Below are positions 1-14,700 of a DNA stretch of 64,000 nucleotides, one piece after another. The DNA lies in contig NW_002060949.1 of the NCBI RefSeq assembly GCF_000150275.1, positions 4,160,449 through 4,224,448 on the forward strand, written 5' to 3'. The notes beneath the pieces are model-generated. The model did no database searches. It was not told the origin of the DNA and was given only the letters and a program-made list of their open reading frames with translations. Made by a program: the position numbers and the translations under genes. Source of the DNA: Trichoplax adhaerens (taxonomy: Eukaryota > Animalia > Placozoa). Position 1 is the stretch's first letter. The number at the start of each line of letters is the position of its first letter.

Positions 1-733
1 CCAGTTGCAGTTCCATCATACATTGAGAAAGAGAAATTACTGGCTATATTTTCAGATAGAAATGTGGGAAGGTACCCTATATCTTCATTTAGGGTTTTAC
101 GGGGAAATAGAGATGCTAAAGAGTGCCGATATTTTCTTTTCTAAATATATTTCTGACTCAATAAAACTGACAAAGTATACCCACTGCCAACCAGCTATTA
201 AGCCTAGCAGAGACTATAATAAGCATACCGAAAATTTATAATTTAATATCGATATGGTAATGTTAATGAATTGAAAGAGCTCCTCTCAAAATATTCTTCG
301 TTAATCTATAGTAGTTCTATAGCATACTTTACAGGTCTATTGCTCGCTATTTCTTTCAACTCAATCACTAGAAATATAGCCAAAGGCCCCTAAGCGTTTA
401 GCAAAGAAACGATAAAGACATTATGTCTAGAGCATGAAATTAATTTTCATTAAAGTAGCGTCTCGCTAATTACTTAAAGTAATGAACGTCTTTTACAGTC
501 GATAGTAGGGGATTAACATGAGTATTAACTGTCTTTTTCTATTTTCTATACTACGGATATTGACATGAACGATAATTTCATTTGTTACATTATACGCAAT
601 TAGCTGTGTTGAAAGAATTCGTATTACGAACAAAATAATGTAATTTTCTTTTCATAGTTATTAGGTAACAAATGCCTTATGAAATTTATGTTTTGAATAT
701 CTTCATGAACTTATTTGCTTATAAATTTTCTAG

Positions 734-3571
734 GCTTTGACCTGTTTCAAAAGTCGAGAAATTATCAGGTAGATAATTCATCGTTTACTATATAATTTTT
801 TTAAAATTGCTCTTCAAAGCTATTGTATAACAAATAAGCTTAATCGAATATATCGGCCCTAAAATTAATCTAAGCCTAGTGTAAGCTAAAGGATTGATAG
901 ACCCATTAAATTGGTTCACATTAGCTATATCGAAGATAAAAAATTGATGTAGTTGACTATACTATATTCAATTCTGTAGCTTTGTCTATATTATAACTCC
1001 AGTAATCTACCTATAGAACAGCGCATCAGCAGTTATAGGACATCGTAGTAATAAATATACGCGTAAAAATATAAACTCCTTTACAGCGCAAGAGTTATGC
1101 CTAAAAATCAATGTATCTTGAAATAGGTCGACTTTATTCACTTGATGAAAATTTTATAGATATTAATGTATCTTATTTCACTTTTTGGGTATCTATAATT
1201 TAATCTAGAATGATTTATTATATATTAAATAGCCCTATTCTATATGTAAGAAAGCAAAGACTAACAGCATTTTACTTATTCAATTTTACCTATCCGTAGT
1301 CTATATTATTGCAATAAAATTTACATTAATTTCAATATAATATCAATAGCCCAATCCATAACTTAACCTATAGTAATTCTAACTAAGTATACTTTTAAAT
1401 ACCGTGATTCTATACACAAGCTACGCTGAAGACTAGAAACGTTTTACGTAATCCTATTTTAGTTTCCCGTAATCGATAGTATTACGATAAAATCTACATT
1501 AATTTCAGTACAGTTTTAATAGTTCAACTGATAATTACAATTCAGCCGTTGTGATTTAATATACTTTAAATAACTGGATTCTATACATAACCTAACGCAA
1601 ATACGAACTGCATTTTACGTAACCTAATTTAACTCACTGCAATCGGAAAATGTAATAATAAAATGATATCAATTTCAATTTAGATGTTACCAAAAGTGGT
1701 GTGGAATTATACCGAATGACTTTCCAAAAGATTTCATCACCCGTCTGGATAAGAAAATCTTTATCGAGAGATTTGTCGAAATAGCAGTAAGTCAGTCTTA
1801 AACGATTACTTTCGGCCACTTTTTCGGTATGATACTTAAGCAATTTACTGCAATTGTGATTAGTATCTTGGAGATCACTTCCGGTTGAGAATGTCTCTTG
1901 AATAAATTTAAATGAAAATGAAGCAGATTTCACGATTAGAATGAACAATATTTTAAAATTAGAGGCTAACATAATTAATTATTTATTCAAGTGTGTTAGT
2001 ATTACAGTTGCTACGAAAGAGTACATGAGTATTTGCACCCAAGATCATCGAATTTATGTAACTCATGTTGCTGTATAAATCAAGATAAATTGCTTTATGC
2101 ATATCCATATTTCACATCGATTGCATAGCATAGCACTCAAATATCGATTTAACTTTCGCACTTTCTATCCAGTGCAATCCGTTTGCCGATAGAATTTGTC
2201 ATGTTTTCTCATCATCGGAAGATACTGAAGATGGAAGCATCAATTTCGAGGATTTCCTAAATATGATGTCTGCATTCAGCGAAAAGGTACAAATATTGTT
2301 CATTGCCTTTTCTTTCGTGTTATAAATATATGATCTGACTGAACAGACTATAACGAATCTAAGATACAATTGCGCCACTCGATTTCAATTGAAATGATCA
2401 AGATTAGTACTTTATGTTTAGCAGTTTTATTTAACAGCAATTTAACCCTCAAATCCTTTTACTTTAATTCGAGAGCTGACAATACTACCTGAAACGAGAT
2501 TTGAGCTATTTATGAGCGTTATAAAATTTACACTCTATCATTTTAATGTATTTTTATCATCAAAGTAGAATTTTAATAGCAATAAAAGTCCACTTCGACA
2601 CTTTTAGTTTTATGTAGTATCACGTAAGAAGATAATAAAATTTTGGTTATTCTTTTAAAGATTGATCCGGAAGCTAAGCTTGGTTATGCTTTCAAGATAT
2701 ACGGTAATCGAATTGAAGTAATAAACTTTCAATTATTCATACTCGTATAAATTTCAAAACGATAAAGTGAATCAACGACAAAAATAATCTTTAAAATTAA
2801 CTATTTATAACTTTAGTTTACACTATAACCAATCTTTTTTAACGATTTAACATCATATTTGGTGATGATCAGATTTTAATCAAGATGGCGTTATCGATGA
2901 AGAAGATATCATTCAAATGATCCACACCGTTTGTGATGTAGATATTCTAGATGAGGAAGAAGTACAACTACTAATAGTTAATGTGAGTTTAAACGAATCG
3001 CTATAATAATGATTGTGGATATATCATTTAAATCTCAGACAATTATCGTTAATCGATACTGTTAATGTATCAATTTTGACGACTTAAAGCTGTAGAGAAA
3101 CCTTCAATTTTACTACTATGACAGATTCTTAAGGAAGCTGATCTTGATGGTGACGGAAAAATTACCTATAACGAATTCTTCAATGCCATGAGAAAATCAC
3201 CAGATTTTTATAAGTAAGGAATCTGATCTGCTGCGATTGAACAGCATAGTTTAAGAAGTTGCAAAATATACAATTAATGTCTGTACGCTGGATGATAATT
3301 TTAGATATTATCATTTCTATAACAAACCTTTCTAATTATATTAGCAATCGTATAGTCATCATTAAAATGAAATTTATAATCTCTTGCATCCTTTCGAAAA
3401 ACAATTAAAAATGATTTCGTTACGAGACAACGATTTAAGATAATCTTCCTCATACTTGACATTTAGTTACCATAATAGCATATTCAATAATTTTACTCGA
3501 AACTTTCTACTAATTATTTCCTATTTAATTTAATATTTCTTTAAATTAGCTCCTTTAGAATACGTTTATAA
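734..3571 (+). CDS. Calcium- and integrin-binding (CIB) family EF-hand protein, first coding exon not found (probably upstream of the window)
   Basis: Exons 734-768, 1684-1786, 2173-2286, 2661-2703, 2873-2982, 3125-3213 and 3550-3571 are all GT-AG and phase-compatible. The translation includes ALTCFKSREII, CNPFADRICHVFSS, INFEDFLNMMSAFSE, AKLGYAFKIYDFNQDGVIDEED and ILKEADLDGDGKITYNEF..MRKSPDFYNSFRIRL*, which are CIB1/CIB2-type motifs. Confidence 0.9.
1190..1632. repeat. Degenerate tandem repeat (about 175-bp period, 2-3 copies) in a CIB intron
   Basis: The blocks ataaaatYtacattaatttca, tactttWaaata..gattctatacaYaa and ttttacgtaa recur at about 175-bp spacing. Confidence 0.55.
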
Positions 3572-5780
3572 GAGGTTGGCTATAGGATTCAGAAATGTCA
3601 TCAATAGCAAAACATATTGCAAAATCGTTGAAATATCATGTACAGGAGACTGGGTACAGGAACAAGGATCGCTAATAATAATTTTTAAATATTTGATAAG
3701 ATGTAATTATAAATATGATTCTAATAATAACTGCGAGTAAAGATAATCCGGTTTCATGATTAAGTGACCGGAATTGTCTCTTGCGCAACTATACTTGTAT
3801 TGTAATAATAAATTGGAAAAAATGTCTTATCCTTCTATACTAAAAGGTAGTTAAAGATACTTTAATGTCGCAATCACTTGCCTATAGTTTTGTACAAAAT
3901 TTATTTTACAGTTCAAGGTAATAATTCCATCTGGTGAAAATTTATTTGACAACCATGGTAAATTAATATCATGTCCTTCTATTTATTAAAAGCAGCGTGA
4001 CGAAAATTTAATTTAAAGTCCACAGAATACTATAATTATTATCCGCTTATTCATGTAATTATAAATCATCGTACTTTATTTAGTATACCGCCAGTTTCAG
4101 AAACAGAAATTATTGCTTATATAGGAGTCTCGAAGACTGATGAATTTATTTTAAATTATTGGTCAGCTAGACATTAAATAGGACTGTCTACTCATCCGGG
4201 ACATTAAAGTAAAATACGAAAATGAAACTATCACAATAGATGATTTCTGTTTATATCATAACTGTTATGTTATTATACAATAATTTAATATTTTATATAT
4301 CTGGACTCATCAAATAAAGATGTACAGTTGAATCTGCTACCATAAATGACTTTCATTTCCATTCATATTCATGTCTATCGCAATAATTTAAGAGAAACCT
4401 ATCTGGAAATTTCTTAGCAGGCTAATCTTTCAAGTATAGAAATTTTAAGCTACTCCATTGATACTATCTATTACGTAAATAAATACATTTTATAGCACAA
4501 TCCACTCAATTTATTTTAAAATTCATTTAAAAATTAAGAACATGCAGATTTAGCTTTTCTTAACGTATAATTTTCTAGTGCATCGGTTATAACATGGCAG
4601 TATAGCAGTGAATGGGCAACTTAAATTAACATTACGTTGTGGTACGAGATAACTTATCTGAAACTATGTCGAGAGTAATGGATATAATGTAAAATATATT
4701 GGGTTACACGGAAGTGAACAAAAGTTGTTCTTTACTGATAAATGAATCTGTATGATCACTTCCCTTACATCATCATAATTAGTTAATTGAAAATGTATTG
4801 AAGTGAAGATATTGTTTATATGTAAATAAATCCAATGTTGATTATTTCTTGATACCGTATTTATCCTATATTCTTCCGTAAATATTACCATAGTGCGGTA
4901 ATAAGAGCTATTATCCTTATTCAGTAAAATCGAAAATGTGTGCTAATAAATGACTATTAGGAAGTTATATTACCATGTCTAAATTATTTAAAATTGTTAT
5001 AGACTTTGTAATATGATATCTAGTAGCTTGTTTAGAAATCATTAAAATATTTACTGAATTAGATTGAAAAACTTTCAGGTTAAAAATGAATAGATCCAAT
5101 TGAAATTTTATTACTTTTAGTTACATCTATCCGGGTTAGTAAGCCAGTAACTAGAGTCTACTTTGGAGCAATGCCCAATTATTAATTCGCTTCCAGTATA
5201 TTGATGTGTGCTATAAATCTATAGCTATCTCTTCACTTCATAGAGAAATATCTAATTCCATTTAATAACCAACAATGAACAATTTATTCTATCTAACGTA
5301 GTAGAATTCAAAAACAGAGAAACACAACGGAAATAAATTACAGTAAATGCCTATCATCAGATGGAAATTAGGGCGGAGAAGTATAAAAATAGATGCGAAT
5401 TTTAATCAAGAATATCTGCTCAAGATTCCCAAACTCATTTACTATTAAAATAGGTAATGAAATCTTATTATTATATAATTAGATTATCATTCTCTATTTA
5501 TTTACGCTTTCTGTTGTCTATTTCTTTCTTCCTGATATTAAAGATAACTTTACAATAACCTTAATCGAAGAAAAAACAGAATCATAATTCGTTTCTATTC
5601 TTACAATTCAACATTTCATTTAATAATAATTAGAATCTAATTATATGAGCTTAATTCTAATTTACGTAATTCTTATTAAGATTTCACCTTCGTAGTAACA
5701 CATTCGACTCAACGATAAAATTAGGGCCTAATTTTATCTCTTTTGTATATAAAGTACTAAATTAACATAAAAGTAGACTG

Positions 5781-5990
5781 CTCGGATTAAGTTTATTTGA
5801 ATTTATCAGTAACGCAAAATCCTCTCTCAATCATCTTACTTTCCATTTTACTCGGATTAATGTTTTTTTCAAATTCAATAGAAACGCTAAATCTTCTCTC
5901 AACTATCTTATTTCGATTTTTCTCGGATTTTTGTTTTTTCAAATTTATCAGAAACGCTAAATCCCTTCTCAATTGTTTTTTTTTCAATTT
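5781..5990. repeat. Degenerate tandem repeat, about 70-bp unit x3
   Basis: ctcggatt...aaattYatca..aacgcWaaatcY.Yctcaa recurs three times. It explains the spurious overlapping ORFs at 5793-6003. Confidence 0.7.
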
Positions 5991-8639
5991 TCTTACCCCA
6001 TAGACCGTATCATTGGTGGAGATTAATAATTTAATAGAAGCAAACCCTTCAAATCTCTAATTAGAATACACCAAAAAATCTATTAGTATCTAGTTTGTAA
6101 TTTAAATAATATATCAAATATGTATGAAATTAAAATTAATAGTTTGATATCTTGGAATGAAAATAGTCACTAAAAAGCAAGCTATCAATCAGTAAATGAC
6201 TCAATATCACTTCAGCATGAAAGCTATAACATCATTATCATGTAAAGCAAAACGGAAGCGGATTTTTAGCTATAAGTCATCTCATTTCGTATATATTTAC
6301 TGTACTTTATATAATAATGCAGATACCAGGTCCAAATAATATCCGGCGATATAATGATTACAATCAATCACTTAAAATCATGCAGTATGGGTTGATCTAT
6401 GGTACTAATAGCTTTACTTTGGTTGCCTAGCAATATAGTATATAATCTTAAATCTTAGCGTGAAGGGCTGCAGTACTATCTTACAAAAGACAGTACTACA
6501 GTGCAAAGTCTTGCTTATAGCAAAGAAAATATACCGCGTCATTCACATCAATGCAACAGCAAACTTACGCTATTTAATTATTTATACTATTTTACTAGTA
6601 CTCTACATAGCCAAATTGAAATACTGCCAATAGTGCCATACACTTACTGCTTCAATCTGTTTTCCGAACAGGGAGAAATAATCCACATTTATTATTGATA
6701 CTACTATATTTAGATTGGACGTTTCTCATTGATACTAATTTTAAATAAAGAATGACTTACATAAATTGAATAGTCTGCTATTGACTCAATTCTATATTTA
6801 CATCGATAACCATATAATCATTAATTCCAATTATTGAAATAAGCGTTAATATAATATCGCAGTAACGTAGTTGTATTGGTAGACTACAGTATTAGCGAAA
6901 CATTGATATTGAATAGGCAATATGTGATTATATATCATTTAATGACTAATATCAGATATAGTTACTAGAAAAACTCCTAAACAACCCTCATCTTAAAGCT
7001 AGAATAGAACAATCCTTCTTAATAACGAGATATACCCAACAAAGTGAATAAATGTTGAAGATTGATTATTCGATCATCTATAAATCTCAAAATACTACAA
7101 AAAATCTCTTTTGAACTTGATGAGATTACCGGTGGTATAATAATATAATTTCTAATAATCCTTGGTTGATTATTAATATTATATTTAGCCTAGAATAGCA
7201 CGTTAACATTCAATAGACAGCTAAGTGCTATAATGTAGTTTTTGTTTAGATATCAATATTGAATAATTCAATTCATCGTTATGATATAGCATTATACCGC
7301 ATGCTATTTCGTAGTTGAAAAGTATCCGTAAAATAACTATTGATCATAATTAAATGACCATAATTTATAATACCAATTCCGTTATATTATTACCAAATGG
7401 TATTCCACACAATGCCTCTTTCTAAATATTTGGAATATAAACGAGAATTTTCTGGGTTCCTGTGCTTCACAAATAGATTAATTCTAAAATATTAAGAGAT
7501 GATAAAAAGCCCCGCTAAGTAATTGGTCATCCGCGTACAGATCGCAATACCCATGTTTACTCTAATCATTTAACAGTCATAGCATCATAAGCTAATCAGG
7601 CAATATCTTGCCTTTAGGATTTTATGTTTGAGGATCGAAATATTAGCGTCATTAATATCAACATACTTCATTTATTGCTATGAATTATCATGTAACTATA
7701 AATAAAATGTAATCCATTCATTATGATAATAACCTTGGTCTCTGCTGACTATGCATATTAAAATGAATAGTAGTAGAGTAAAGCATATCTTCATTCGAAT
7801 TTTGCCATTTTTTAAATCTAATTTGCTAAGTATCCAAAAATATCCATTAAATCTCCTCCCTTTACGGATTGAAAAATAATAAAATCATAAGATATCTCAA
7901 CATTTGATATTGAGCACTCAAGATGTAGAAATTACGAAAGTGAACTTCTCTACAACTATTCTATACAACTATGTATTAATTTTCACACTGACAGCAACTA
8001 CAAAAAACGAGACTTCAACCATTTTTCAATGCATGATGCGAATGAATAATTTATCCCAACTAATAAACAGGAATTAAAAAATTCAATATTGAAATTAATT
8101 GCTAGCGTTATGATAACTATACGGTAATGTATCCTATTAAACTGACATCATTTACACCGTAATTTAAAGGAACTAAACGGTAAAGTTACCCAAGATTTTA
8201 ATGATAAAATAACAGCTTAGCACAGAACATTAAAATAATTTTGGTGCTAGCTATGTTAGTAACAGCTACAATAAAGTCAACTCTCTCATAAAATTATGAT
8301 GCTTTCATTAATTTGATATAGATTTAGTCCCAATTGACCCCAAAATATGAAGAAAATTGAAATGAAGTAGACAAATAGTCTAAAATGTTGATATACCATG
8401 AGAATCAGACCAGTTGAAACTAGATTCTTAATTAATTGCTGTCTTAAATTGAATTGTGATCATTCAGGATGAGATTTAATAATTTAATAAAGTAATATTC
8501 AGATTTAGTCATGTTTATTGACATACGCTACTAAACCATTCTCTAATGGTTTAGCAGAAAATGGTATAGCAGAAAAGTAACTAATTTATTGTCAATACTT
8601 AGCCACCTGCTTCATTCCTGATCATCGACTGAAAATGGT

Positions 8640-8728
8640 TATATAAGCAAATCTGAACGCTAATCTGAGCCAACACTCATCTCTCGTTTGAAATTCTTCA
8701 CCTTCAGTAATCACTCAACTATCAACTA
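8640..8728 (+). promoter_or_regulatory. Probable TATA box and non-coding first exon of insulin-like gene 1
   Basis: TATATAA at 8640. The exon ends at tatcaacta|GTAAGT (donor 8729), resembling the first-exon donors of ILP2 and ILP3. An AG acceptor sits at 10020-10021, just before the ATG. Confidence 0.5.
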
Positions 8729-10032
8729 GTAAGTAAACGATTTCAATTATTACGGTAAAGAAAGTAGACCAAGCTGAAGCCTAGCAATACTTGAATTCTG
8801 TTTTATTACTTCTGATCATTTCCGATAGCAAATTTATAGTAAAATTTTGTACTTGACAACATTTTCAGTTTCATTAGCGCTATACATTCAAGATGAACAT
8901 TTAGAGCTAGTTCAAGGATTGTTTATGAAAATTATTTAAAGATTACAATATTTAACTTTATCATCACCTCTACTAATATATCCTATTGTGACAGTGTTAT
9001 ATACTGTATTAGAGTAGAAATATCTATGTTAGGATAATTCTGTTAGCCTATCCTTATTTAGTTAACTTCTAATTTGGATATACTGTATTTTAATACAGCA
9101 CTGACTTTTTATGACAGTGACACATATACACATACTGAAATTAATAGTTATAATAGGGAATGCAAATCATCTTCTTACAGTTCGAATCATTGTGATTGTA
9201 ACTTACTTATGGTAGATTGTAAATTATCGTGGAAATGTTCCGTGATAAGACATATCGTAATCTGACTATTCTGTATTAGTCATCAGATGTCTATATTAGT
9301 AAATATTGTTGTCCTCATTAAGGGAGCAGTAGCTAAAATTAATATCTCATTCAGTGAATGATTCCAAAGTTAATCGTACTAGCTATGACTCATGAACTAT
9401 TGAGGAAGAGTATATAAATGCAGTATATCGTGTAATAAAGTGAATTCTTAAACTTAGTGCTTAACGTAAAATACGAGGCGTCTAAGTCTTTGTGTAGTCT
9501 GCTAGTAGAGCAAAAGTGTTTCTGATAGTGCAGATACCGTTCCTCGATACGTGGTTCAAGGAATTGACTTATTGATCGTACATTACGTTATCTTGTTGCA
9601 AAGCTGTTTTGTGACACCTATATCATTTGTAGCGCAGAATAAGTATTAAAGTAGTGGTTAATAATTGCTGTCTGATTTTACTTTGGTTTTATTACCAAGC
9701 TATTACTTATTTCTAAGATTGAGGTGATGGTAACCATACAACATTGCTTTCTGCTTCTATTACTATATCAACAAATCAAATCGCTACTACTTTGAAAGAC
9801 TCGCCAAGAATCAAAATTACTTTTTATCTCATGTTCATCAGATTAACTGTAGATATCCTTAGAAAATGATACCATCTCAATAACTTCATAAATTCACCTT
9901 TTGTTAGTAGAGTACGGTATGATTCTATAACGCAAATACTGCCTTTACTGTGCTATTTTACCATATGTTTAGCTATAGTTAATGACTTTAACTTTTAAAT
10001 TTTATTATACCTTAATAAAAGAATATTCAAAA

Positions 10033-11776
10033 ATGAATTCAAAAACCATGGTAATCTTTGCCGCTCTCTTGCTTGCCCTTGCTGTTATGCAAGCCGAAAG
10101 TTCCGATATTGTTTTAAAAAACGATGCCAAGACATCTATTTGCACACCAGAAGCTTTCGAATGGCTTATCAACCATTGCCCGACAAGATCCGCTGCTCGT
10201 CGAGCCATCCGAAGACTAGAAAGTAAGTCAATTAATCATTGACTGTCTGTAACAAATATCTAATACAAGGATACCACTCCGAATTATTTTTAACTTAAAT
10301 GTATAGCACTAGATATATTCGAGTAAATATGGATATTTAATCCTGTACTACCTCTTATCGTAATTTTATAATTTGATTTACAAACAGCCAAAGCTATCTG
10401 TATAGTTACTTAGACTATACCTAGTTAAATTCGAAACTTCTCACTTAAGTAAATATTTTAATTAGAAGTGCGCGTTGAAATGAAACCTATAATATGTATT
10501 ACAACTTTAATATTCTCTTTTACTTCAATTTTAATATCATATGCTTGCAAATCTATCTGCTTAAACGTTAGTGCCATTATACTGATCGACTTTATATGCT
10601 TAATAAGATATAAAATAGCAGTATAAGGTTTGTAGTATACAATGATATTACAAACAAATGTCACTTCTATATACTTTAATCTAGATAGTTAGCTAGCTAG
10701 TCACACGAGTTGTAACAGGTATATTACAGATTCTTCAGTAACTTCCTGTGATAAAATCCGATCATGAAAACTCAAAATCTGTAGAAAATTAGAACTTTAT
10801 TAGGTCTAATACAAGATTATCTACACACAGCTCTACTCTAGCCGAAAAAACTGCTGAAAGGCTTCTAGAAAGAACAAACAGATAATTTAATGTCGCCTGC
10901 TTTTATATTCTCCGCAACCTTCGCAGCTATAATCAGCATAGCAAAATTTTACCTTATTTTACACATAATCAATTTAATATTAAGTAACACTATTTTACAG
11001 TGGACCATCATTAATCCAATATGGGAACGATTACGGTATTTTCGTAGATATTATTCCTACCACTCAAAATATAATGAACTAACCATATCCTAATATATGA
11101 TTTACTGTTTTATTTTTACCTCTAACTTTATTAGTAGCTCAACATCTTACTGTATACAGTCATCCGTACTCTAGTATAGAGTCTGCCATTTCAGTCTATA
11201 GTTATGGGCTACTAAATATATCGTAAGATAAATATAGAAAAGACACTGCCGTACATCATACTAAACATGGTTAATTGTCTACAATCACAATACTGAGTTA
11301 CTTTATGCTTCCTATTAATCATTAATGTCCATTTTTTATTACAATTTTCCTATCCCTTATAAGAAATTATTTCGCCCTCTAAGGATAGATGCACTTTAAT
11401 TCATTCTTAGCGAGTTATTGTACAGTACATCTCTTGATTCAGAGTCCGCACTACGTCCTATGATATAGGCTGAACATGTAATACTTTTTACAATTTTAAG
11501 ATTGTTATCACGATACATTTATAATTCGGGATATTTCGATTTTATACAATGATCAATACTTTAAAAATACGGCCAGCATACTTGAAGCCAATGAATATAG
11601 TACCCTAGACTTTAAATCGAAATCTAATATATGACTATTATGTTGATCTGGCATTACTAGGAGGAGATTCTGAAGGTGCCTACAACGATATTGGCATGCG
11701 ACGCATTTTACGTAGCATCGGCGATTGTTGTGGTGTGCCAGGCTGCTCTGATTCTGAACTTCTAACATACTGCTAG
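10033..11776 (+). CDS. Insulin-like peptide precursor 1 (101 aa)
   Basis: Exons 10033-10222 and 11661-11776 with a phase-1 intron. Signal peptide, B chain CTPEAFEWLINHC (C-x11-C), basic C-peptide (RR, RR, RRILR) and A chain SIGDCCGVPGCSDSELLTYC*. Confidence 0.88.
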
Positions 11777-14700
11777 ATGTAGTTCAGACTTAGCCGAAAT
11801 TAGAGATATCAATCGGACTAGGTGCAACTCTATCATTCTACAAGAAACTGAAACACTAACCAGATAGATAGACTGCAACTGCACATATAAATACATGTTT
11901 AATGTACCTAAAAGATATTAGTTCAGTTCTGCTAGCCATTTACAGTATCTATCTGCTCTACAGCCATATCCAAATGGGTTAATGTCGTGTATGTCACAAC
12001 TGCTTACTAATTCTGTATTGTAGATTTAAAGAATAGCAATATTACGTAGTAATTCACAGTGTTATGCTATCTTCCATGTAGTAGAACTCTTCCATTATGT
12101 ACGGGTATGTTGACTTAATTCTAACATTTAAACACAAATAAATTTCACAGCTTACTTAGCATTTCGGAAGAGAATTAATGTGTCATTAAAGCCGACAGTA
12201 ACCTATAATAATCGATTAATTATAAGCATGAACTAAGATACTAAAAGTTAAATCATTATTAAGTACAGAGCGAAGAATTTTACTCTACCTCTAATGTATA
12301 AGTGCAATATGTTAGCTTGTAGCTATCGAATATCGTATATCATAAAAAGAAAAACTGTATCGAATAAAGCATATTTAGTCACCATTATTAAACCGTTGAT
12401 TCACAATTCTTTTTTATAATGAAGCTCTGAAATAGGGTGTTGTACTATACTATAAAGATATTTCAATATTTAATTTCCTAGTAGGGAAACACCTGCCACA
12501 AGGCAGCCTTTCCTTTAGGTATTGATATGACACAATTAATTCATGACTAGTTAAGAAGTATTCTAGATGCTATCCAGTTTTTATCTACGTACTAAATTTC
12601 TGCATTTGCTACAGAACTACTGCATTTCCTTTTATCAATATCTAGTGCTGATCGTTATTTTTTATTCCTATAATTAATTTCTACATATGCTCACTGTCCT
12701 ATTTTACGGTGACGATCAAGGAATCTCGAAAGCTAAGACTAAATGTCACTAAAATTGGATAGCAATTTTTCACGTCATAACATAAGCTTAATCATAACTA
12801 AAAAATGATGTAATCTTTCATCGATTAGTACGGTAGCTCCTTGTCGTAACGAAACTTAACCATATAAATATAGAACTTATGTAATGTAGATTGTAATCTC
12901 TAGAGCTTAAGGGATTTAACTTCTGTATAATACTTTATCGCAATAATATTTACCGTGTAGGAATGAATATGATCGCAATTAGAAAATCTTTCTCCGGTTG
13001 GTAATGTTAATCCTAACACGGAAGATTTTGCTACGGAGATGTGAAAGGAAACCACATCCAACGTAATTTATGACATAAATTTTATATTTGTAACGCAAAA
13101 TCTAAATTTAATCGTAATGTATTACTCTATCGAGGTGACTACAGATTTTCTTTACGTAAGATTAACCATCATCGTTATTTTTCCTTAAACTTTACCCAAA
13201 TGTAGCAAAAATTTTACCAACTTGGAGATATATTTAAATCGTGTCTTATATGACCTAAATTTATATTCCATCCTTTCTTTGCCTATAGTTATAATTATGA
13301 TCGTAGTTAGATTACAAAGGAAGTAACTAATTCATAAAGAAAATAAATTAATTAGAAAAAAGAGCATTATGATTTCCTGCAAGACATGTTAAAGATGTAC
13401 AGTACTGCTTTTGTAACTATCTATTTCACTACCTAATAAGTCAAACATTGTATCTGCCCATGAATATCTAATAACTGCAATTCATTAGATGCAAGCTATT
13501 GGAAATAAACACAGTAAACGTATTCATCCCTTACCAATAAGAATCTATTAAATTATTAGTAAGAAAGCATGATTGACGAGTATACATTAATTCTGGTCAT
13601 AATTTTTATGGTCATATTGGTAACTCTTTTATTCTGTATGGAGTACAATTATGGATAATTTATATCTTGAATGATAAAACTGATCACCATTTCCGGAACT
13701 GTTTAAAATGTTATCAAATGGCTAACAAAATTTCTTGGCATAACCAGAATAGGATTATACTGAATGTAATAATATTCATTAGGATCTCCATCCTTATTAA
13801 ATTATTCCATTAATGTAATTACCCTTGCGATCAATATTTCTTTTGTACGTTACTGTCTTTTAGCTTCTGCCTTTGTGGTATTTAAATAGAACATTGTCTA
13901 CTACACCTACCATTATGTTAGCAATTATTATGTACCAAATCTAATTCAAAATACCACTACTGAAAAACCGGCCTATGCCTCTTCTTAGCGTTAATTAAAA
14001 ACTCTCCAAGCATTTTGTCCACCACTCGAAAATAGGTACAAAGCTTTAATGTACTATCATCTACGTAATTACTTCATTATCACCATTGTCGTACAAGGAT
14101 TACATAGAGTATATCTAATATTAGTCTTAGCAATTATTAAATTACTGGTCACATATACCAGCTTATTCTCATAAACAGTCCTTGCAAGTAGTAAATAACC
14201 GAGATGATGGTACACACATACATCTGTATAACTAATCGATAATTACATGTCAAATAAAAAATATTGTGTTTAAGCGCAATAATTCTTCTACATTTATATT
14301 AAATCAATCATTATATGATTGTGAATGTTACAATTTATTTTCTTATTGTTAGTGAAATTGCAGCGCTTAATTTAATCAAGCCCAAGATGGTCTAGTTATT
14401 TTAAAATTAAATAAATTTGGATTAGTTATAATTAATACAGTAGATGTACAGTACTGTAATATTAGAGCATAAAAAATTCAGAGCTATTTATTCTCTAAGA
14501 TTTAGATTAGGATCAACATCTTTTGAATCCAGGTAAATTTTACCGATCACTAAAAAATAACAACGTATTAAATTCAGGTTATCATCTTTAAAAGTAGAAG
14601 TACAAATAAATAGTGCGTAATGAAATGACGTAATATTTTTAATTTTCTTTGAATCTTACTATATTCCACACATAGCGATCTATTAGTCCACCCACCACTA

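Noticed and set aside
9982-10242. ORF-track versions of the insulin genes (also 16992-17180 and 21326-21637) as complete single-exon peptides
   Set aside because: They read through GT donors into introns or start inside intron 1. The spliced models supply the missing A chains.
10831-10885. Possible extra internal exon of ILP1
   Set aside because: It has a stop in the required phase and no suitable donor. Direct splicing to 11661 is already in frame.
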